In this document: positions 58,472 through 64,000 of the stretch, one piece after another
How the letters are laid out: each line of letters starts with the position of its first letter
Position numbering within the stretch: the first letter of the stretch is position 1
Source: an uncultured Acidimicrobiia bacterium
GTDB taxonomy: Bacteria > Acidobacteriota > Terriglobia > Versatilivoradales > Versatilivoraceae
DNA length: 64,000 nt
NCBI GenBank assembly: GCA_963786955.1
Contig: CAWBAT010000002.1
Location: forward strand, 96,001 to 160,000
Direction: 5' to 3'
Position numbers and translations under genes: made by a program
Notes under the pieces: model-generated
Seen by the model: only the letters and a program-made list of their open reading frames with translations
Told to the model about the DNA's origin: nothing
Database searches by the model: none

Positions 58472-59938
58472 TCACTGCTTTCCGAAACAATAAAGAGTCT
58501 TCTTGGTCCGAATGTAAAGCTGCCCATCGCCAAAAGCTGGAGTGGAATAGCATTCCTCGTTCAGGTCATTGGTGGCCAGGACCTCCCAGTTTCTTCCAGG
58601 TTGGATTACGCTGACTTTTCCTTCCTGGCTGATCGTAAATATCTTGTCATCGGCGGCAACCGGCGACGAGAAATAATCTCCGGGAGCATCTTGCAACCTC
58701 GCTTGCTTAACCACTGTCCCAGTGTTTGCGTCTAATGCAGTCAGGATGCCTCCTTCTTTCATCAGGTAGAGGATATTTTTGTAGAATAACGGAGAAGGCA
58801 CATTGGGCAAGGACTTACGGTAACGCCATACAAAACTGCGTTCTGTTTCATCCCCATGACTACCTAACCGAAACGCCGAGACGGAGTTAACTGCAGAACG
58901 GCGCAAACGGTAGAAACGCCAGTCCCGTTCACTCACAAAACCATCCCGGTCAAGATCTAACGCCTTCCAATCTTTTTTGAGCTGCTCGTTTGATATTTCT
59001 TCCGCAGACAGCTTCCCATCGTGATTGGTATCCTCTTTCTTCAGAATTTCATCAAATGGAGGAATGTTTTCTTGTTGCCCTTCATCGGACCCGCCTGCCC
59101 AGCCATTGATGAAGATCATGTCATCATTCATCACAGGCGTTCCCTTCATTTGCCAGCTCAAACCACCCAGCCACCAGAGTTCTTTTCCCGAATCTGCCGA
59201 GTAGGCAGTCAATTGGAATGAGCCTGAGATCAGAATCTGGTGCGGTCCGCTTGCAGGTTTATAGACAATCGGTGTCGCGAATCCCCGGCTGAATTCCGGA
59301 CGCTCGACCCGCCAGCATATTTTTCCGGTATCTTTGTTAATTGCGAGAAGAAAGGATCCACTCTCCTGATCGCAGTTCATGACCACTTTGTCATCAACAA
59401 GAATGGGCGAAGCACCCAAGCCCATAGGGTTGTTGAAAGGTCCCAAAGGAAGATGCCAAAGCTCTCTCCCTTCCGTGCTATATGCAATCAAGCCGAAATC
59501 GGTAAAGAAAGCATAAACATTCTTTCCATCGGTCACGGGACTTGAAGATGCAGGAGTATTGGCTTTGTGCAGTTCTTCGCTGCGATTTTTGGGTACTTCG
59601 CGTTGCCAAAGGATCTTCCCGTTTCTTCTCTCTATACCCAGGACATAGAGTTTCTCATCTTGAAAAGCCGTTACAAAAATGGCGTCGCTCGTAAGAACGG
59701 GGGAAGAATGTCCTGGCGGCAATGTTGTTTTCCAGAGGAGATTTTTAGTTGGACCGAATTCCGTGGGCAGCCCATTACACTTCTCCGCCAGTCCCGAGCT
59801 ATTAGGGCCCCGGAATTGCGCCCAACCCGGAGGATTTGCATCACCCTGGAGAATCCCCACCAAACCGAGATAGAGAATCCATGGTGACACGAACAAAAAC
59901 CAACAATCCCTATCCCGCTTCAAGATTCGGAGTTTCAT
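58472..59938 (-). CDS. PQQ-binding-like beta-propeller protein with inserted EF-hand pair
   Basis: WAQFRGPN; DTNHDGKLSAEE and DLDRDGFVSERD. Confidence 0.88.
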   Translation of the reverse strand: MKLRILKRDRDCWFLFVSPWILYLGLVGILQGDANPPGWAQFRGPNSSGLAEKCNGLPTEFGPTKNLLWKTTLPPGHSSPVLTSDAIFVTAFQDEKLYVLGIERRNGKILWQREVPKNRSEELHKANTPASSSPVTDGKNVYAFFTDFGLIAYSTEGRELWHLPLGPFNNPMGLGASPILVDDKVVMNCDQESGSFLLAINKDTGKICWRVERPEFSRGFATPIVYKPASGPHQILISGSFQLTAYSADSGKELWWLGGLSWQMKGTPVMNDDMIFINGWAGGSDEGQQENIPPFDEILKKEDTNHDGKLSAEEISNEQLKKDWKALDLDRDGFVSERDWRFYRLRRSAVNSVSAFRLGSHGDETERSFVWRYRKSLPNVPSPLFYKNILYLMKEGGILTALDANTGTVVKQARLQDAPGDYFSSPVAADDKIFTISQEGKVSVIQPGRNWEVLATNDLNEECYSTPAFGDGQLYIRTKKTLYCFGKQ

Positions 59939-60190
59939 TGAGAATTCATAAAGATAGGAATGTAAGCCATTGAAAGTTCTCGCTTACTTCTCGATCTCGC
60001 CCACATTGCATCAATTGTGAAGACGTGGAAGAGAAATTCGGTGCTGATAAGCCGTCTCGCGTTATAGAATTCGCCCCCGACCATTCATATTCCAGCCCGA
60101 TAGCCCACGATTGTAGCAATCGGTCGGGACTATTGCAAACCATGCCTTGACTATGGGATAGTGACCCTTCATTTCGAAGAAAGGAATGCC

Positions 60191-61534
60191 ATGAGAAACT
60201 CCGGTCAGACACGTGAGAAACTCCGCTTGACGCCCGTGCAGTGGGTAATTTGTCTCATTGCCATTTTGGGATTTGCCTTTGACACCTATGAATTACTGAT
60301 GCTCCCGTTGATCATCCGTCCCGCCCTGATGGAACTGGTTCAAGCCAAGCCGGGGACACCACTCTTCAACGAATGGATCGGAAAACTCTTCTATATTCCC
60401 GCGCTCGCTGGCGGGATTTTCGGATTGCTTGGCGGTTATCTGACAGATTTGCTGGGAAGGCGGCGTGTCCTGGTCTGGAGCATTTTGCTTTACGCGTTTT
60501 CAGCCTGTGCCGCGGGTTATGCGACCTCTATTCAAATGCTCCTCTTTTTTCGCTGCACAACATTTATCGGCGTATGCGTCGAATTTGTGGCTGCGGTCGC
60601 CTGGCTGGCGGAATCATTTCCAGACCCGAAGCAGCGTGAAACAGTTCTGGGGTACACACAGGCCTTTTCATCGATCGGGGGTGTCATGGTGACAGGCGCC
60701 TATTACCTCGCTGTTTCCTATGCTCCGTTGCTCCCCACGATCTACGGAGCCCACGAGCCTTGGCGCTACACGCTCATCTCAGGGCTGATTCCAGCGATTC
60801 CGCTTCTCCTGGTACGTCCATTTCTTCCGGAATCACCCGCCTGGCAACACCAGAAATCCTTGGGGACATTAAAGAGGCCCAGCCTTTCGGAACTCTTTGC
60901 ACCGGTATTCCGAAAGACAACATTCGTGACGACGCTCCTGTTCGCCTGTAGTTACGGCGCCGCCTTTGGGGCCATCCAGCACACGCCCAGAATGGTTCCG
61001 GGACTCGAGGAGGTTCGTTCGCTGCCGAAGCCGGTGCAGGAGCAAAAGGTGAGTCGTGTTCAGCTCTTTCAGGAGATGGGGGGACTTGCAGGGCGTTTTC
61101 TTCTAGCCTTTCTGGCGATTCGAATTGTCAGCCGAGGCAGACTCCTTCGAATCTTCCAGTTGCCCGGCTTGGTAGTCTTGCCGTTTGTTTTTTTCTATGC
61201 CGCGACACATAGTCTGGCGTTATTACAATGGGGAATTTTTGTAGCGGGACTGTTGACTGTCGGACAATTTAGCTTTTGGGGAAACTATCTGCCACGAGTC
61301 TATCCGACACACTTACGAGGAACGGGTGAAAGTTTTGCTGCCAACGTGGGCGGCCGCATGATTGGAACTTCTGCCGCCCTGCTCACCACTACTTTGGCGA
61401 GCTTAATGCCTGGAGGGAATCCATCCACCCAATTGGCCTATGCTGCGGCCATTGTAGCGTCCGGTACCTACCTCTTAGGGTTTGCGGCCAGTTTCTGGCT
61501 TCCTGAACCCGCGCGGGCAGAATTGCCTGAGTGA
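60191..61534 (+). CDS. MFS transporter
   Basis: GFAFDTYE, GYLTDLLGRRRVL motif A, YPTHLRGTG; ~12 TM helices. Confidence 0.92.
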   Translation: MRNSGQTREKLRLTPVQWVICLIAILGFAFDTYELLMLPLIIRPALMELVQAKPGTPLFNEWIGKLFYIPALAGGIFGLLGGYLTDLLGRRRVLVWSILLYAFSACAAGYATSIQMLLFFRCTTFIGVCVEFVAAVAWLAESFPDPKQRETVLGYTQAFSSIGGVMVTGAYYLAVSYAPLLPTIYGAHEPWRYTLISGLIPAIPLLLVRPFLPESPAWQHQKSLGTLKRPSLSELFAPVFRKTTFVTTLLFACSYGAAFGAIQHTPRMVPGLEEVRSLPKPVQEQKVSRVQLFQEMGGLAGRFLLAFLAIRIVSRGRLLRIFQLPGLVVLPFVFFYAATHSLALLQWGIFVAGLLTVGQFSFWGNYLPRVYPTHLRGTGESFAANVGGRMIGTSAALLTTTLASLMPGGNPSTQLAYAAAIVASGTYLLGFAASFWLPEPARAELPE

Positions 61535-61570
61535 TTCTTATCCCGTCCGGGGCCCTCAGGATATTTTCAC

Positions 61571-62743
61571 TCAACCAAAGCAATATAACCGCCCGTCTTG
61601 AGAGCCGATGACAATCCTTCCCTCCGCGATTGCCGGGGAGGCGGAAAGGGGTGCTCCTGCCTCAAACTCCCAGAGTTTCTTTCCCGTCGTTAAACCCAAC
61701 ACGTAAAAATGCCCGTCGCTGGATCCGATAAACACGCGCTGATCGGCAATGGCAGGGGAACTGTCCACCCGCGCGTTGGTTGGAAATGTCCAGAGTGATT
61801 TTCCGGTTTGTGCGTCGAGACAGTAGACCAGCTTGTCCCGCCCGCCCAAAACAACCTTCCCTTCCATGATGCCTGCTGACGAGTAGAACGGAAACTGGCG
61901 TTCCGGATTCTCATAGCGCCAAACAATTTTATGCGATTGCCTGTCAACGCTCAGGACTTCGTTGTTAAAGGTTCCGTAATACGCTCGGTTCTCCTCCAAA
62001 GCAGGAGAAGCTCCCGTATAGCCTCCGGAGGAAACGCTGAACGCTTCTTTCCCATCGCTGATTCGGATCGCTCTGAAAATTTCGTCGCACCCGGAAATAT
62101 AGACCAGGCCTGCGGAGATACTGGGAGTGCAGTGGACGGGACCGCTAATCCGAAACTTCCAAAGCAAGGTGCCAGTGCGTGCTGCCAAACAATAAAGGGT
62201 TTCATCATAAGATCCAATAAATACTCGATCTCCGCTGACGACCGGAGAGGACTTGATCTCAGATCCGGTCGTGAACGTCCAGGCTCTTTTCCCGTCTATC
62301 GATCGCACGGCGTGAAATGTCCCCTGCAAATCACCTACATAAACAATTCCATTCGCAACACAAGGAGACGATTCGCCAATTCCCTGGTCTGTCTTATACT
62401 TCCAGCGTACGGAGCCATTTCTGAGATCCAGGGCGAGCAACTCCGAAGCCTGTGTCCCCACAAATGCTGTACCCTCAACGATCGCGGCTGAGGACTCAAT
62501 TGCTTCTCCCGCTTCATAGTTCCAGAGGGTTTTCAAAGCCGTTGGCACACGGCAACGGGCCACTCCCGTTAATTCCAGATTCCCGCGAAACTGCGGCCAG
62601 CTGGTATCCAATTTGTCTTCTTGTGGAGTCCTGGCAAAAGGAGCCAAGAGCATGGAAATTGGCGCCAACAAGAAGGATCGTCGTGGAGTCTGTGAACAGG
62701 AGGGGTTCTTCTTACGGTTCATAGCCGAAGGTCTGTGCGTCAT
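61571..62743 (-). CDS. PQQ-repeat (BamB/AfsK-like) beta-propeller protein, Tat-like N-terminus
   Basis: PRRSFL; WPQFRGN; about eight regular SSP..G..Y.G..DG..Y repeats. Confidence 0.88.
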   Translation of the reverse strand: MTHRPSAMNRKKNPSCSQTPRRSFLLAPISMLLAPFARTPQEDKLDTSWPQFRGNLELTGVARCRVPTALKTLWNYEAGEAIESSAAIVEGTAFVGTQASELLALDLRNGSVRWKYKTDQGIGESSPCVANGIVYVGDLQGTFHAVRSIDGKRAWTFTTGSEIKSSPVVSGDRVFIGSYDETLYCLAARTGTLLWKFRISGPVHCTPSISAGLVYISGCDEIFRAIRISDGKEAFSVSSGGYTGASPALEENRAYYGTFNNEVLSVDRQSHKIVWRYENPERQFPFYSSAGIMEGKVVLGGRDKLVYCLDAQTGKSLWTFPTNARVDSSPAIADQRVFIGSSDGHFYVLGLTTGKKLWEFEAGAPLSASPAIAEGRIVIGSQDGRLYCFG

Positions 62744-62904
62744 AATAAACCGTCTGCTTGCAGGCTTCTACACGTGTGACAGGATACCTGCGTATCTATT
62801 TAATACAAACGTATTATGTATTGTTGCGAATCACCTACGGCGCATAAGAAACACGCACCGTGGCTACCCAAGCGGGATTGCGACATAAATTTAATGCGTT
62901 TGTA

Positions 62905-64000
62905 TTAATAGGCTGCCTGATAGATTTCTAGCGCTCCGGCAGCATTGAATAGGCGAGGATTGAATTGCCCTGTCCATTGCTGTGTCGCAAGCTCTGCCAA
63001 CGATTGCAGTTCGTCTTGAGCGATACCTAATTCTCTAAGCCTGAGCGGGAATCCTGCAATCTTCGCAAGGCTCTCCAAATGGGAAGCCAAGCCTTCTGTC
63101 TCATTGCCGCCGTTTGAATGAAGAGTAGATGCTCTCAGCAGTTCACGATAATGGTCGCCAACCACGCTTCCATTCCAGCGAACCACGGAAGGGAGCAACA
63201 ACGCAACAGCGATACCATGGGTCGTACCGAAACGGGCGGTCAGGGGATTTGCGCACGCATGCGTTGCGCCCAACATGGAATTTTCGATGGCCACGCCCGC
63301 AAAGTGAGCTCCCAGTTGCATGGCAGCCCTGGCTTCGAGATCGCTGCCATCCTTCAAAACGATCTCGAAGTTTCTTTCCAGGAGATTCCACGCTTCCAAT
63401 GTATAGAGACGAGATATGGGGGTTCGTTTGGTGGTGACGAAGGTCTCAACGGCATGGGCAATCGCGTCGTAGCCAGCCGCGGCGGTAACGTGTGGGGGCT
63501 GTGTGACTGTCAAGAGAGGGTCCAAAATGACAATTCGAAACGCAGCCTGCGGGTCGCCACAGGCCATCTTCACATGCGACTCGGCATCAGAGATCAATGC
63601 ATAACTTTGAACCTCGCTCCCCGTCCCGGCAGTTGTGGGGATTCCAATCATAGGCAACATCGGTTGTCGAGCTTTCCCATATCCCCAATAGTCCTGGATT
63701 CTCCCGCCATTACTGAGTACAAAATTGATTCCTTTGGCGCAGTCCATGGAGCTGCCACCACCAAGACCAATCAAGGAATCGATTCCGAATGGTAACGCCC
63801 ATTGGTGGCCTTGTTCCACGACGACACTGTCGGGATTCTCCCCAAAATCGTGAAACGAAATGACCTCGATTCCCGTTTGTTTGAGAATCCGTTCCGCCTG
63901 GTCGACAAAGCCCTGTGCCCGAATCCCGGGGTCAGCAACCAGCAGCGTTCGGCTAAAACCTAATTTTCTAGCCAGATCGCCGAGCCGATCAAAAGTGTTT
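62905..64000 (-). CDS. Iron-containing (group III) alcohol dehydrogenase, 5' end beyond the window
   Basis: GGGSSMD, PTTAGTGSE, DAIAHAVE, HACA, HG; frame stays open to the window edge. Confidence 0.92.
   Translation of the reverse strand, partial: NTFDRLGDLARKLGFSRTLLVADPGIRAQGFVDQAERILKQTGIEVISFHDFGENPDSVVVEQGHQWALPFGIDSLIGLGGGSSMDCAKGINFVLSNGGRIQDYWGYGKARQPMLPMIGIPTTAGTGSEVQSYALISDAESHVKMACGDPQAAFRIVILDPLLTVTQPPHVTAAAGYDAIAHAVETFVTTKRTPISRLYTLEAWNLLERNFEIVLKDGSDLEARAAMQLGAHFAGVAIENSMLGATHACANPLTARFGTTHGIAVALLLPSVVRWNGSVVGDHYRELLRASTLHSNGGNETEGLASHLESLAKIAGFPLRLRELGIAQDELQSLAELATQQWTGQFNPRLFNAAGALEIYQAAY

Noticed and set aside
54948-62743. Quinoprotein alcohol dehydrogenases or true bamB
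   Set aside because: Too short and lacking recognisable catalytic motifs; no lipobox or bam/der context; multiple divergent paralogues
16100-63795. Long antisense or alternative-frame ORFs (e.g. 16100-16837, 17447-18049, 20772-21509, 63118-63795)
   Set aside because: Shadow ORFs overlapping well-supported genes, with no motifs of their own

Overview
Bacterial chromosomal window, most consistent with an Acidobacteriota-like genome. That assignment is an inference from the Acidobacteria-type VWA protein, the wHTH-TM-TolB_N regulator, many Tat-signal sugar enzymes and six PQQ-repeat beta-propellers. It contains about 40 real CDSs, one tRNA-Glu(CTC), an IS200/RAYT-type HUH transposase flanked by REP-like palindromes, a decayed RAYT remnant carrying a nested MITE, several REP/MITE families, and an ABAB tandem array of ~119-bp units beside the tRNA. 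I found no CRISPR array, rRNA, integrase or reverse transcriptase. The best candidates for undescribed biology are: (1) a ~18-kb cluster (45.6-64 kb) combining an EhpF-like adenylating enzyme, a LuxC/EhpG-like acyl reductase, a CxxC-bearing GT4, a LolD/giant FtsX ABC system, four PQQ propellers and an Fe-ADH, with no phenazine core genes; (2) an orphan BREX-type DUF6079-like ATPase with a degenerate Walker B; (3) two divergent secreted-protein genes behind the same structured 5' leader, each followed by the same REP doublet; (4) a stand-alone SUEL-type lectin divergent from a GH42; (5) a YaiO/TPR/LtaS-like surface-glycan operon missing its glycosyltransferase. Several single-base homopolymer frameshifts suggest long-read errors. 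All family calls come from motif recognition by eye, not from database searches.
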